A program made the translations under genes and the position numbers. This document shows positions 38,017 to 51,441 of a stretch of DNA of 64,000 bases, piece by piece. The notes beneath the pieces are model-generated. The model did no database searches, was not told the origin of the DNA, and saw nothing but the letters and a program-made list of their open reading frames with translations. This DNA is from the human T2T-CHM13v2.0 reference genome, Homo sapiens. How positions within the stretch are numbered: position 1 is the stretch's first letter; each line of letters begins with the position of its first letter. The stretch lies in assembly GCF_009914755.1 (NCBI RefSeq), contig NC_060935.1, one strand, 5' to 3'.

Positions 38017-38310
38017 CTCTTTTTTTTTTTTTTTTTTTTTTGAGACTGAGTCTCATTCCCTGGCTGTAATGCAGAGGTGCTATCTCTGCTCACTGCCTCC
38101 CAGGTTCAAGTGATTCTCCTGCCTCAGCCTACTGAGGAGCTGGGATTACAGGCACCCGCCATCACGCCCGGCTAATTTTTGTATTTTTAGTAGAGACTGG
38201 GTTTCACCATGTTGGCCAGGCTTGTCTTGAACTCCTGACCCTCAGGTGATCTGCCCGCCTCGGCTTTCCAAAGTGCTGGGATTACAGGTGTGAGCTACCT
38301 GGCCCAGCCA
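38017..38310 (-). mobile_element. AluSx-like with 17-bp TSD
   Basis: poly(T) tail; perfect TSD GTTATTTGTAACTCTCT at 38000-38016 and 38311-38327; two small deletions in the right monomer. Confidence 0.97.
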
Positions 38311-39238
38311 GTTATTTGTAACTCTCTAAAACATGGTAAGCCTTGGTCAGATCTATTGCAGAGTCATTACTGACACCTCTCATCTGCCCTATACTGTTTG
38401 GCATTGAGGGCAGGAACACCACAGACCTGTGCCTGTCCTCAGGGAAGTTTTATTGTAATAGAGGAGAAAGATGAAAAGAAAATTATGATGAGAAAATGTG
38501 GCGCCTGCCTTGAAGAAAGCAGCAGGGCGCTGTAAGAGAGGATCCCAGCCCACCCCATGTGTCACCAAGCACCACTGTGATGTGGGCAGGTGCAGGAACA
38601 GGGCCCCTCTGAGCATGGATTCTGGCTGTGTGTTTCCAGGGCCTCTCTGGCTGCCTTGTGGGGGATACCCTGCAGGCTCCAGGCTGGAAGCAGGGAGCCC
38701 ACTGAGGTGAGGCTGAGATTCACAGAGCTTGGCCAGGAAATTGTGAGGGGAGGGTGTGCACTTTCTCATCTCCACACGCTTCTCACCTCCTGTCTTGGAC
38801 CCCAGGCTTTGAGTGGAGGATGGGGACTCCCTTGTGGTCCTCCATTGTGAGATGGAAGGACTGGAAGCAGGAGCTGAGCTCAGGGCCTTGAATTCACAGA
38901 GGTGGACGGTGCAGGGTGGAGAAGGGGCCTGACTTCATGGCAGAATGCCTGGGACATTGGCTAATGGGTTAGCCTCTCTTCATTCCAGATTTCTCTGCAG
39001 TGAAGAAAAAAAAAGGCAGGATCCTAACATCTGTTTTCTTCAACAGGTTTTTTTGTAGAGCAAATGATATAAATGCAAAGTGCTTCAGACATTTTAAGAG
39101 CAGTACAAATCTAAATGTAAATGTAAATCCAAGTTTTTCTTATTTTAGTCCTAGCTCTATCTTCCAGCTTTGATAAGATTGGAAACTTTCCTCTTAGATA
39201 TTTCTGAAGCAAAGGAAACATTTCCCCCTTAAAATCTG

Positions 39239-39495
39239 ATTTTTTTTTAATTTGGGAGAATAATTTTAGATGTACAGAAAAGTTGCAAAGACAGTGCGGA
39301 GATGCCCGCATGCCCTTTGCCTGATTTCCCCTGATGCGACTATTTTGTGAACCTTAGTACATTTGTCAAAACCAAGGGATTCATGTTGGTACATTACTAT
39401 ACACTAACCTCTAGACTTTATTTGGGTCTCATCAGTTTTCCCCCTGGTGTCTCTTTCTGGTTTACAGGTTTAATCTAGGACGGCATTGCCTGTAC
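39239..39495 (-). mobile_element. L1MC4-like 3' fragment
   Basis: AATAATTTTAGATGTACAGAAAAGTTGCAAAGA...CATTTGTCAAAACCAAG. Confidence 0.7.
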
Positions 39496-39923
39496 AACCT
39501 GCAGGTGGGGCTGGGAGAGGTGGGGCTGCAGAGTGCTGTAGGGCCAGGCAGAAGCTGATGCCTAGCTCCTGGTTTCAGACTGCACTGGGAGGAAACTTAA
39601 GGGAAAAAAAACCTCAAGTTTTAATTTCAGTAAGATATATTTAGGTTAAATAATTTTAAAATGAATCTAAATAAGGGCTGACCAAGGCTTTGGGGAGATG
39701 ATCAAGGCAGCTTGTGAAGAAGTGTCTCCCTTGGAGAACATCCATAGGAGACAGAAAGGAGTTTCCTTAGAGGCTGGAGGACAGATGGCAACCTGCTGCC
39801 CACATCTGGACTGTGGCTTCCGAAAGCCGTGGGAGCAGGTGAAGAGGATACACAGAGTAATTTGGTGGATTGCAAAGCTTCCTTCAAGTGGTTTTATGGA
39901 AGGGAGGCTGCATGCGGCCTGTT

Positions 39924-40323
39924 TTTCATGGTTTAGATGTCTGTCTCCTCCAAGTCTCATGTTGAAATGTGATTCCCAATGTTGGAGGTGGGGCGTGGTG
40001 GGGGTGATTGGATCACGGGGGTGGATCCCTCATGAATGGCTTAGTGCCATCCCCTTGGTGATGTGAGTTCTCGCCCCAGTTCTGGTTGTTTAAGAGAGCG
40101 TAGCGCTGCCCTCTACTCTCTCTGTCTCCCTCTCTTGCAGTGTGATGCACCTGCTCCTGCTCTGCCTTCTGCCATGAGTGGAAGCTTCCTGAGGCCTCAC
40201 CAGAAGCAGATGCTGCTCTCTTTTCTATACAGCCTGCACAACCATGAGCCAATTAAACCTCTTTTCTTTATAAATTATCCAAGCTCAAGTATACCTTTGT
40301 AGTAATGCAAATGGACTAATGCA
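39924..40323 (+). mobile_element. MSTB-type MaLR solo LTR
   Basis: CTCATGTTGAAATGTGATTCCCAATGTTGGAGGTGGGG...ATTAAACCTCTTTTCTTTATAAATT...GGACTAATGCA. Confidence 0.9.
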
Positions 40324-41372
40324 CTATTCAAAAGAAATCCGGTTGAAACTGGGTTTTGCATAACTAGATCTCTGACCTCTTGTTCTTTTGGGATTGGGGA
40401 GGGCCAGCCTGCTCACTTGGGGACCTCCTCCTGACAGACTAGGTCTCAACACAGTGGAGATTTCCAGCCCAAACCTGTATTAATCCTCTCCCTCCTGTTG
40501 AATGTTTCTTTCATGGGAGCTGAGCTGCAGGATTAGAGCTCATGATAAGCCATTCCAAAGTGTTTTATGGAAACCATGAGCTCTCTGGCAGATTCCCTGC
40601 AGGCTTAGGAATGAAGGATCCTCCTCACAGTTGTTGTGTGTCTATACCTCAGATGCCTGTCACAAAACCCAAGAGGGTCCCAGTGAATGGAAGAAAGGCT
40701 TCCCGAGGTGATTTCCTTACTATAAGACAGACCCTGCACCAGGCTGGATTCTTTCTTTTTATTGCCATGCCACAATGTCGGGAGAGGAGCTGAAGGTCAT
40801 ACCCTCACACAGGTAGGAGGGTCTAAGTCAAGCCTATTTTGGAAGGCAATGTGCTCACAGAAACATCATCCAACTTTGAGGTCAAGGCGAGAGGCTGGAA
40901 GAAGGTGCCAAGAATGACAGATTCTGCTCCGGTGTCAAGGACAGAAGCTGCATATTCCACTGTGAAGGCCACAGCTTTTTCATAAGAAAAGTGCAATTTA
41001 CTGATGATCAAATAGTTCATTTAAGAGATTCCAGTGAGGAGTGGAAGATGAATTGAAGGAGATATTAGAGATGACATTCATGAATTGAACAGAGGAGTTA
41101 CCCAGATGATCCCTGAGATATCTTATAAACCCCAGATTCTATGACTGTATGACTTTTATCTGAAATGACACGAGCTGAAGTAGGCGATTCACACTTTAGA
41201 TGTTTCAGGTTCAACTCTGCTTCAGACAATACTGGGAATGAATAAAAAGAATCTGTATTATTAAACAACTCCAGGTGTCACCCAGTTCATCCCTTGGTTC
41301 CCAGGAAACAACAGACATATAACTAATTGACCCATCTTGTTAGGAACAATTCATTGTCCTCATGGTCCTATC

Positions 41373-41546
41373 CAGTGGTGCTCATTCTCTGCTCTGCAGT
41401 GGAATCACTTATGAGCTTTTTAAAAATACAGACACTTTTTCCCACCCCTAGAGCTACTGGGTCAGAATCTCTGAGGTTGGGTTCAAGGATGTAATTTTGT
41501 AAAATTCCTACAGGAGATCCCAGTGCACCAAGACTGGGAACCACCT
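41373..41546. mobile_element. MER5A hAT-Charlie MITE
   Basis: CAGTGGTGCTCA...GAATCAC...TCAGAATCTCTG...GGGAACCAC inverted ends. Confidence 0.75.
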
Positions 41547-43222
41547 CTGTCATCTGGATCCTCCTGCTACAGAGCCATGCTGTGAGGCCCCAGGGCCGCT
41601 GCCGTGATTTTCTGCAGATGGTCCTGTGTCTGCCTTCTGCAGCGGCTCCCCTCAAATGCCATAGAGCTAGCAAGTAAAGGCCAACGGCCTGGTACCCAAA
41701 AGTGATTTAGTGGAACAAGAGGTAGTTAGTCGGGCTAAATATGTGTCAGAGACAAAGGGGGCACAGCACAGCAGAGTGAGGTAAGGACAGGGAGAGTCTA
41801 GGGTCTGGGTCCGCCTTGGACCTCTGCCTTGTTTGATTGGACATATATCTGGAGAAAATGCAGGCACCAACTCAAAGCAGGCTTGCATGGAACTGCACTC
41901 TGCAAACCTGGCTCATCTGATGCTACGTTATTTTTTAAATAGGTGGAAAAGTGTGGCCCCTGTTTCAAGAAGGAAACTCCTTCCTGAGTTCAGAGACCAT
42001 GGCCCAGGAGGGCCTGTGTTCTGTCTGTGGAGTTCGGAGGTGGCTGGAGGCAAATGTTTTATTTTTTGCTTAAAACCTCATGGAGCAGCATGCCAGTTTT
42101 TACTCATGAAAATGGAAATAAAAACGGAGAGAGATGTAAGGGTTAATTAAAGAAGCTGAGAAAACTGCCTGATACACTAATTCTGTTGAGTTACCGGCCA
42201 CAATTAAAGGTTTCATTGAAAAGACCAGAGAAAAACTGCTTACGAAGCTTGCCCGGGTGTCAGATTATTAAAATATCAATTCTAGGTATGTTCTTAGGGG
42301 CTTCTGACTTTAAGAAGGGATCGTGTGTGAATTATGCACTTTACTGTAACAGGGACACCACATTCTGATTTTAAGAGTTCATCAGATGAGAAATTGTCTT
42401 ACTCAACCTAGGATTTTGTATTTCTTTCCAGTTTGTGGTGTCTCACTTTCCTCCAAATCTTTCTACAGAAGAAATGTTACTCAGTGTGTTATTAATAGTC
42501 ATTGTGGAAAGGCTGTGCTTCACACGGTTATGTTCTATTTCTGCACCCTGAAACTGTTCCTTTTCACCTGCTGGCCTCCATGCAGGCTGCAGGCTTGTCA
42601 CCTGTGAGGACATTCAAAGCCCTGGGTGCGTCTTCCCCATCCCCAGCACAGTGGGGGATGGCAGGCTCCAGCATCCTGGTGTAGAGGTGCAGGGGTTATC
42701 AGTGCCCAACCCCACGGTCAGGGCCACACTGTGATGCCCTCCTTCAACACCACAATGAGGCCACATCCCAGGGGCTGAGCCTGCACAACGCTCACAGCTG
42801 TGGGCATGTGCAAGGGGGCTGGGACCTTGCAGAGGCTGGCAGAAAGCAAGGAGGACCGGGGCCCACTCAGGAGACAGGGCTTTGACTGAGAATAGAGTTC
42901 CGAGGAGGCAGCTTTAGATCCTGGGGATCAAGGTGTCTGGAAAGAGAGATCTGGGAACAGAAGTTTTGATAAAATCTCCCAAGACAGGTCTCCATTCCAG
43001 AGAGTAAAAGCTGCAGCCCTGGGCAGCTTCTTCTGGCCTCCCACCTTCAGGTCAGAGGCCAGGGCAGGCTTTGCAGCAGGGAGGTGGGCGCAGGGTGGTC
43101 CTTGGCAGGCAGCTGGATCTAGGTCCAGGGCAGCTTTTGAGCTGTCCCTGCAGGGCCTGAGAGGTGGGGAGGAGAGCAAGGGCCAGGCCAGCAGCCCAGG
43201 ACAAGGAATTGGGGCCAGGCCT

Positions 43223-43581
43223 TGCCTTAGTAAATCTGTGCTGCTATAACAAAGTACTACAGACTGGGAGGCCTAAACAGCAGACACTTGTTCCTCACAG
43301 TTCCAGAAGCTGGGGAGTCTAAGGTGATGCTGCCGGCAGAGTTGGTGTCTGGAGAGGGCCTCTCTCTGGTGCATAGACGGCCCTCTTCTCCCTGTAACCT
43401 CAAATAAGGGAGGGCAATGAGAGAGCTCTGAGGTCTTCTTTAAAAAGCACAAACCTATTCATGGGGGCTCCATCCTCATGACTCCATCACCTCCCAAAGG
43501 CTACACCTTTTTAATACTACCTCATCGCGGGGAGGATTTCAGCAAATGAATTTTGGGGCGACACACATTCAGGCCATAGCA
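43223..43581 (-). mobile_element. MLT1A-type solo LTR
   Basis: TGCCTTAGT...GCTGCTATAACAAAGTAC...CATTCAGGCCATAGCA. Confidence 0.85.
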
Positions 43582-43886
43582 GGATTCATTGCACAGTTTG
43601 GGAAACCAAAGTCTGGAGAGACTGGGGTTTTCTCTGGCTTTGGAGGGGCCTGGAGTCCAGTCAGGTGCCTGAACCTCTCCACGACTCTGCTCCTACACAG
43701 CCTGCAGCCCTTGCAGGGCAAGCACCACACCGTTCCTCTTGTCTAGCTGGAGACCACCCATGTTCTAAGTGGGTGAATAAGTCCTGGGAACCTTTTATGT
43801 CCCTCTTCCCTAGGGGCAGAGGCCAGAAAGGCCGAATGAGTCAGCACGGGGCTCTGCTGCCCACTTCACACTGTCGTTGTTACCAG

Positions 43887-44085
43887 GGGCAGCTTGTAGG
43901 TGCAGTAGACATAGGGACACTGAGTTAGGAACCAGGATTCCTAGTCTGAAGGGCAGCTTGTAGGTGCGGTAGACATAGGAACACTGAGCTAGGAACCAGG
44001 ATTCCTAGTCTGAGGGCCAGCTCTGCCACTTACAAAATTCTTCGGGCCTCAGTGTGCTCATCTGTAAAATGGGTATCCTAACTAT
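43887..44085 (+). mobile_element. MIR with a 64-bp tandem duplication of its 5' head
   Basis: 64-bp unit at 43887 and 43951, then CAGCTCTGCCACTTAC...CCTCAGTGTGCTCATCTGTAAAATGGG. Confidence 0.75.
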
Positions 44086-44266
44086 GCCACTGCACTGCCC
44101 ATTCATCCATTCCGTTCTTCATTCCCTGCATTGGTTAACTCCTCCTGTGTGTTAGACACCAAAGTTACAGCTTTGAGTGGGAGAGTAAGAGACTCTTGTC
44201 TTATGCCACACACATTCTGCTCACACTGCCACACACCCTCACACATGCACTCACTCCTCACATGAA

Positions 44267-44484
44267 GGTCACCCACACGCCGTCCACCGAGGGCAGGTCG
44301 CCCACACGCCGTCCACCGAGGGCAGGTCGCCCACTCGCCGTCCACCGAGGGCAGGTCGCCCACTCGCCGTCCACAGAGGGCAGGTCGCCCACACGCCGTC
44401 CACCGAGGGCAGGTCGCCCACACGCCGTCCACCGAGGGCAGGGCCTGCTTCTGCAGATCACCCACACACCATCCACCAAGGGCT
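44267..44484. repeat. 29-bp CpG-rich minisatellite, 6 copies plus one diverged copy
   Basis: GGTCGCCCACACGCCGTCCACCGAGGGCA from 44267 to 44440; diverged copy at about 44456-44484. Confidence 0.97.
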
Positions 44485-45809
44485 GTGGAGGTCGCCAGCT
44501 GAGGCTCTGTGCAGGGGACTTGTGTTTACCTCCATGAGGTTGTGGTTTGTTTTCTGGTCACAGACACATTCAGACACGTGCACACCCCACCAGACAGTGG
44601 TGGTTTGAAAGGGGGAAAGACTTTTCTTATTTATTGACTGATTTCTACCCCAATGGCATTGGATGAGAAAAGAGCCCTGGCTGGATGGGGAGGATGAGGG
44701 CAGCAGGGGCAGCAGGGGCTCTCACTGGAGCAGAGGGGTGGTCTCCCCATCCTTCAGGCCTTCTCATTGGCGGGCAGGGCTCAGCCCTTGGGGCCACACA
44801 GGGAAAGGGTTGGAGGAGGGAGCAGCTCTAGGCGCCAGGTCTGTGCTCCCGAAGGACAAGGATGCAGTGCTCTGAGAGCTGGCTGAGCTTCCCACAGCTG
44901 CCTGAGCTGCGCCAAGTGCCACAGGCCAGGCGCTGAGGGTGGGAGCTGACTGGGGCTGGGCCAGGGCAGCTCAGCTTCCCATGCATAGGGGCGCTATGAG
45001 CAACAATGACAGCCGGGGCTAGGGAAGTCTGGGGATGTCAGAGGACAGAGGCTGCTCTGCCGGAAGTGTGGAAAGGGGCTGGGGCACCAGGAAGGTGGTG
45101 GCTGGTCATCCCGGGCTACAGAATGCAGTTGAGTGTCCTGAAGAGAGACGGCAGGAAGCCGGGGCTGGAGATGAGCCCCTGATACCAGGGTACCTGTGCG
45201 TGTTCGGGTCTCCCAGCCAGGAACCACAGGAGCAGCGGCCAGGTACTGCCTGTATCCTGTTCGGTGGTGCTGGGGTGCACGGCCCTGGTCCGGGTTTGAG
45301 GGTCAGATGGTGAGCCCTCTTGCTCTGCACGGGCACTCACAGGAACTCCAGGAAACCTGGAATCAATGTTTCCTCCCCATCATCACAGCCACCTCCACCT
45401 TCACCGCCACCTCCTCCTCCCTAAGCCCAGAGACAGGCCACAAATGTAAGGGGGAAAAACAAACCTTATTGATGCCTTCTATGCAGCAGGCGTTATACAA
45501 ACCAGTTACCTTCTTCAACCCTTACCAAAACCATCCTACCCATTTCACGGAGGAGAAAGCTGTGGTCTGGGGCCTTGCCCACGGTCACACAGCTAGTGAA
45601 GAGCCCCGCCGGAGTCCAGGCTCACATCCTCACCTTATCGGCGACCTCTCCTCTTTGCACTACCTTGTGACCGATGACCAATAATGCCAAGAAAGAGGAC
45701 GGGGAGAGACGCCCAGTTCCAACCATCCTTCCAATCCTCTGTTCTCTATCCCCCCACCCAGGTGGACGTGCTTACATAGAAATCCCATCTTGCCCTGGAG
45801 AGGAGGACG

Positions 45810-46070
45810 ATAATCTTAACACCTATACTTGAGGAGTATCCATTATGTGCCAGACACATTTGAGATGTTGGAATGCATTACCTCATCGTGGCATCACAGT
45901 GATTCTTTAACTAGGAGCCATTACCTTCCCTTCGCAGCAGAGGGACGCGAGCCTCACTGAGCTGGGTGTCTTACGTTGTATGAGGCATCTGCTAAGTGAC
46001 TGAGGCAAGAATTTAACCCAGGACTGCTGCATTCTGAAGCCCGCTCTTGACCTCTGTGCTATGTTGTTCT
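45810..46070 (-). mobile_element. MIR
   Basis: TATGTGCCAGACAC...GGCAAGAATTTAACCCAGGAC pattern. Confidence 0.55.
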
Positions 46071-46881
46071 TGCCTGTCATTGTATTCCCCGTCCCCTGAC
46101 CAGCCAGAGGGCAGAGAAAAGATGACCATGGCTCAGTGTAGGGTCCTCATCTGCCCCTGAGACCTGGGGATCTTTGCTGCAGTGTTCAGTGACTGCCTGG
46201 GTTGAAGGCTGGCCTGGGAGGATGGGCAGTATTGAGGGCCATTGCTTCAGGGGTTGTTGGGCCAGCACTACTGCTCAGCTCTGCACACTCGGACAGCTGT
46301 CTGCAGAGCATTCAAGAGCCTCCATCCCTGGCAGTGAGGCTAAAACTGCATGTACCCATCTCCAGCAAATGCAGGTGGTGAGTAAGGACAGGAACGGATT
46401 GGAGCTCAGCATTCCAAACTAGCCTGCTAGGCTGCTTGGGGACCTCATTAGCTGTGTTTCCAGCACATGTTGAATTCTGTGAACAGCAGGTGCTCTACAG
46501 CTAGCCATGGGGAGACAACACGGCCACCTCCTCCTGTGGGGTAAGGAAAGCTTGTCTTTTATCTTGTGCAGATGGACCCACAGCTCCTCCTAATGCCAAA
46601 TGAGAAGTGGGCGGGGATTGATCATCTGCCTTTGGCGCTCAGTTCTTGATAACAGGCAGCCACAGCCACACTTTGCAGGGCATCGCGGGTCTTACAGGTT
46701 ATATTTCAGGCTGAGATAACAGGGAACTGAGGGAGGGGCAGCGCTGGCTTTCCCAAATCCCACTTGGGCCTGGTACTCTGGAGATAGCAGCCCAGGTGAC
46801 TTGGGAAGGAAAGCAGCAATTGGGGGCTAAGCGTAGTGGCACAAGGCACTTTAATCCTTCAGTCCACTCCTCTTGTCTATG

Positions 46882-47252
46882 GACGCCGTGGCCTGGATGC
46901 TCGTGTCTCCCCAAATTCCTGTGTTGAAATGTTGACTTGGAATGTGATGATGCTGGGAGGTGTCACCTCTGGGAGGTGGTAAGGCTTAGATGGGATGGTG
47001 AGGGTGGGGCCCACACAAGGGGATTAGTGCCCTCGTAGGAAGAGGAGGAGACCAGGCTCCCTCTCTGCCATGTGAAGACACAGTGAGAAGGGAGCTGTCT
47101 GCAGGGCTGGAAGAAAGCCCACAGCAGACACGGACTCTGCTGGCTCGTTGATCTCGTGCTTCCTGCCCTTCAGAACTGTGAGAAAGAAATGTCTCAGGCA
47201 TAAGCCACCCAGTCTGTGGTATTTTTTGATAGCATTCTGAGCTGACTGAAGC
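46882..47252 (+). mobile_element. MLT1A/B-type solo LTR
   Basis: TCCCCAAATTCCTGTGTTGAAA...GGATTAGTGCCCT...CAGAACTGTGAGAAAGAAAT...TAAGCCACCCAGTCTGTGGTATTTT. Confidence 0.85.
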
Positions 47253-50200
47253 AGTCAGCAAGGATGTGAACCCTGAGAAAGGAGGGGTTTGCCCAAGGTC
47301 ACACAGCAGCCTGGCGCAGGCTGGCAGGCACTGGGCTGAGTCTGGGGCTCCTGTCTTGTGCTTCCTCCCCTTCTTTCTCTTTATTTGACTTGTGCTTCTC
47401 AGTCGGCATATGCTGGGCTGGGCATTCAACACGTTTTCAGAAAGGAATATTCAATGGACGGAGTGACAAGGAGTTAAAATTAGATCCCATGACCTTGGAG
47501 GCCTAGGAACTCACTTTGCAAAGGTGCAGCCTTTGCAGTATCTCGGTACTGTGGACAGTGCCTAGGGGCGCTTGCTGGGCTCCCTCCTGCTTGGGGACTC
47601 TGAGGCTGCTGTCCAGCAGGTCCCTCACTTCCACCCCAGCCCTTTCTCGCTGGCACCGCAGGGCTGCCAGGTGTCCCCAGGCCCTCTCCCTGCACTTTTG
47701 CTGTCCACGTTGTCTCAGGCAGGGCAGGTGCCCTGGGTCCACGTGCGGGACCAGGAGTGAACAGGGTCAGGGAGAAGCACAGGCCCAGGATGGTAGGGAC
47801 AGCGTTTCCCTGAGGCTTTCTGACACTCCTCTGCTGTTATTTTTTTCTTTTCACTCCTTTCCCCCCATGAATGCTGGGGGTAATAAAGCATTAGAAGCCC
47901 CAGAGAGGCTGTGCTTGCTTCTTAAGCAGGAAGGAAGAAGAGAGTGTGAGGGTGCTTCCCAGGGGTCTGAGAGAGAAGCCATTGGGGGTGGAGGTCTGCT
48001 GGAAGCACGTGGGAAGCTGGCCGTGTCCGAGCACCCAGGTCTGGGGGCGCACAGAACGGGGTGGCAGGCAGGTGCACCAGCCAGAGCCCGAGCTCCATGG
48101 CTCCCGAGAGGTTCGCACTCACTCCTGGCCCGACTTCCTGTGGCTGCGTGGAGGGGTGACCATCTGTCTGGGAAGAGTATGGGCCTCCCAGGAGCCCGCA
48201 GAAGCACGGTGTGGGCAAGGCTGACCCAAGGCCTTGGGCTGGCCGTCCTGCTCCACCCCGATGGCAGCCTTCTTTTCCATAAAACAGATATTATAATCTC
48301 CACCATTTCTTCAACTAGAAGAGCACTCCAGATATCACCGTGTATGCAAATATCACCGATTCGTCATGATCACTGCTATTCCCAATAGCACGAAGGAAGG
48401 AGGAATAGGGCGAGAAACTGACATGCTCTAATTTTACCAGGATAGACATAAACACTGCTCTGTTGTTTTTTCCCCTTGAGTTTTGTTTCTCTCTTGAAGG
48501 AAGAAAAAGAAAAATCTATTGTGCTTGGTGGAACGTTTCCAAAGATGCCATGGGATGGTCGGATTTGTTTCCATTTACAGGGGGTGAGGATACACTTCAG
48601 TGCTTGCTTGTAAAATAACTCACACATGAGATTTCCTCATAGATGTCTGAACATGACCTAAGTCATGCCTTCTGTGGCACCATGTGGCCTTGGCCCCACC
48701 TGCAGACTAAGGAGCTTGGAGTCTGGGGCCAGGGGAAGTCCTGAGCCACATGGACAGTGGTTGTCAGTGAGACCTACCATCAGGGGGATCTGATGTGCTG
48801 CCTGGGGCTGGCCTGGGTAAGGGAGTGGATGCATGGCTTGGCTGTCCGCAATATGTCCTCATCTTCACCCTGGGACACCTTGAGATCCAGGGCTCAGGGT
48901 GGGCAGGGCAGGAGTGCAGCCCATGAGGGCAAGGGAGACAGTCACAGCAGCAGTCATAGCAGTCCCTGATGGTCCGGAGTTTGTGTGACCTGTAGATGCT
49001 GGCATTCCATGCTCAAAGCCCATTGTAGTGAGCCTCACATCCCCGTGAGAATGTGCCCTGAGACACAGGCTTATTGGCCAAGACCCTCTCAACACCAGCC
49101 CTTTCTGTGGGCCCCTACCCCCCATAATGCTGGTTGTGGGAGAAGGGGATGTGTCAACTTTGACCTGGTGAAGAGCAGGTCAGGACTGTGTCTATAGAAG
49201 TGCTCCAAGTCCCACGTAATTTAGACTCTTACATATCTAACACGTGGTTTAGATTATAGGATGAGTAGGTGTATCCTGCTCTTCCATTTTTTAAATTGGA
49301 AATTGCTTCTCTACCCTGATCCTCCTGGGAGGGGAAGACCACAGGAGACAGGAGAGGAGAAGAGGAATTTTGAGCCCAACTTTGGTGACTAAGATGCTAA
49401 CTGTGGGTAGGGTGAGGGGTGGTTCTAGAGTAAATTGCAGGACCCAGTTCTAGAGTTTTGGAGCTATTTGTCTCTGCAGGTGAAAGCCACCCGAGGTAAC
49501 TGCACCTGCCCTTCCATCTCTCTGGTTTGTCCAGCCATGCAGTCACCTACCCACCTTATGCAACAGGGCCCACCTCCTTTCTGGGACTCCCCCTTTTTCC
49601 TGTACCTCACTTGTCCCCATCTACCAGCAGCTGAGTCCACAGTGGGTAGTTGTCCAGGAAGTAGGACTTCAGATGCTGAAATGGGAAGTTGCCCTGACAG
49701 AGTGAAGAAGCAGAGGCGGAGAAATCTACTGCATCCCTCATGTACATCACCCCTGTGTGTGCACAGGGAGGGGGGAGGAGGAGGGGCAGCGGAGTTGCTG
49801 AGATTCATCAGGCTGGGGCTTCTGATGAAGGTGGAAGGAGCCCTCAGGGCACATTCAAGGAGTGTCCTGTGAACACTCTCCAGGGGACAGTGCCCAGATG
49901 AGCAGCGTAGCAACCTGCATGACTGTGGACTCCTGGGACCGAGGTGCTGGACTCAGTGGTTGCAGGGCTTGGAGTGCAGGTATGAGCCTCCCAGCTTCCC
50001 CTCAGTGGTTAACTCAAGTATGCTTTTGGTTTGATATTTCTTCGCAGTGGGAAGTAGGGATTTAGTCCTGGGATGACTACAATCTGAAGGCCCGTGCAAA
50101 TCTTACCTGTAGATTTTTTGTCTAAGAATGTTTATCCCTGGATGGCTTCACAAGAAGTGAAAAAGTAACCAACTGTCAAAAGAAAGCTACAGAGCGTTGA

Positions 50201-51189
50201 CGCAGGAAAGCGGCCTGGGGAGTTTTCAGCTCTGGGAACTTTCCACACCATGCCCTCCCTGGACTGGCTTAGAGACTGCTCTGAGCTGTGCCTTCCACCA
50301 CGGGATTCCACTGCCCATGCTACCCAGGCACTGTGCCTGGCCCAGCACCTCCCTCCAAGGTGCAGGGCAATTTTTCTCCTGTGAGGTGCTCAGGTCTGTC
50401 TGCCAGCACTCCTGCAGGAGCTCACAGCTGTTCCTAGGCTGATAACATGGTGTGAGATATATGCAAGGAGCTGACAGAATTGTGTTACCCTGGAGAGTTG
50501 AATAGATCCCCTTCACGAAGAGCTTGCTGGAGATGTACTCCTGGCAGTTCCTTCACAGCCAGTTTTCCTAAAGAATATCCTGGCTTTGAGATATCAGCAC
50601 ACCACAGGAGGGGAATTGCAGGGGATGAAGGAGAGGCTGAGGGTGACCTCTGTTTGCCCAGGGCTCCCTGTAAACCAGCTTGGTGGAAAGCCCAGGCACC
50701 CGAAGTCTCTGTCTGGCGAAACCTGACCTACGCTCTTGATGGAGGGGAGGGAATGGATGTGTCCTCCTCAGTCTGAGATGAGGGTGGGTGGGCTCAATGG
50801 TTTTGGAAGGTCTTCTTTCCCAGGACTGTTGCCTCTCATCCCTCTGGGACTAAAAATTCCTTTAATGGAAAGAAACCTTCATTAAGAGCTAAAGTTCAAA
50901 GTGTGTCTTTTTAGATCCGAAATTCAGTGAATGGCCTTTGCAGTGACCTGAGCGGGGGAGTACTGAGCCCAGGAAGGAGGAGGGGCAGAGAAAGCTGGGC
51001 AGGACACGTGGGATGCACTCCTCTTGAGGCTGAGAACCAGCCTGAGACACATCCATTCGGAAGGGCTCTTTTCTCCTCCCCTGGACCAGCAGTCGGGGAG
51101 CCAGTGCATTGCTTAGGATGAGCATTAGTGCCTTGAGGGGCTCAGCGGGTCGGGGATTTCCCCCGGTCCTTCTAGGCCAGCACACATTC

Positions 51190-51380
51190 TGGTTCTGTGG
51201 GGATGGAGATGTGCTCTATCTGCTTGTCTACTGCAGCAGCCACCGCTGCCTGACGATGCAGAGCACTCCAGAAGTAGCGCCAGGGGACTGAGGAACTAGA
51301 GTTTAAACTGTATTTAATTTTAGTTATTTTGAATGTAAATAGCAACATGTAGGTAGCAGTTACCCCATTGGACAGGGCAG
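51190..51380. mobile_element. MER3 hAT-Charlie MITE
   Basis: GATGGAGATGTGCTCTATCTGC...GACTGAGGAACT...ATTTAATTTTAGTTA...ATTGGACAGGGCAG. Confidence 0.75.
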
Positions 51381-51441
51381 CTCTTGCCTCTTCCCTGAGA
51401 AGTGTGAAGATGGAGAATCGGAGCTCTCAACCAGAGTCCTC

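Noticed and set aside
44267-44440. CTCF sites in the 29-bp array (CCACCGAGGGCAG)
   Set aside because: One base short of the CCASYAGRKGGCRS spacing
47516-48388. 290-aa ORF
   Set aside because: TTG start, GC-rich sequence, overlapped by similar ORFs on both strands, and no recognisable domain; expected by chance
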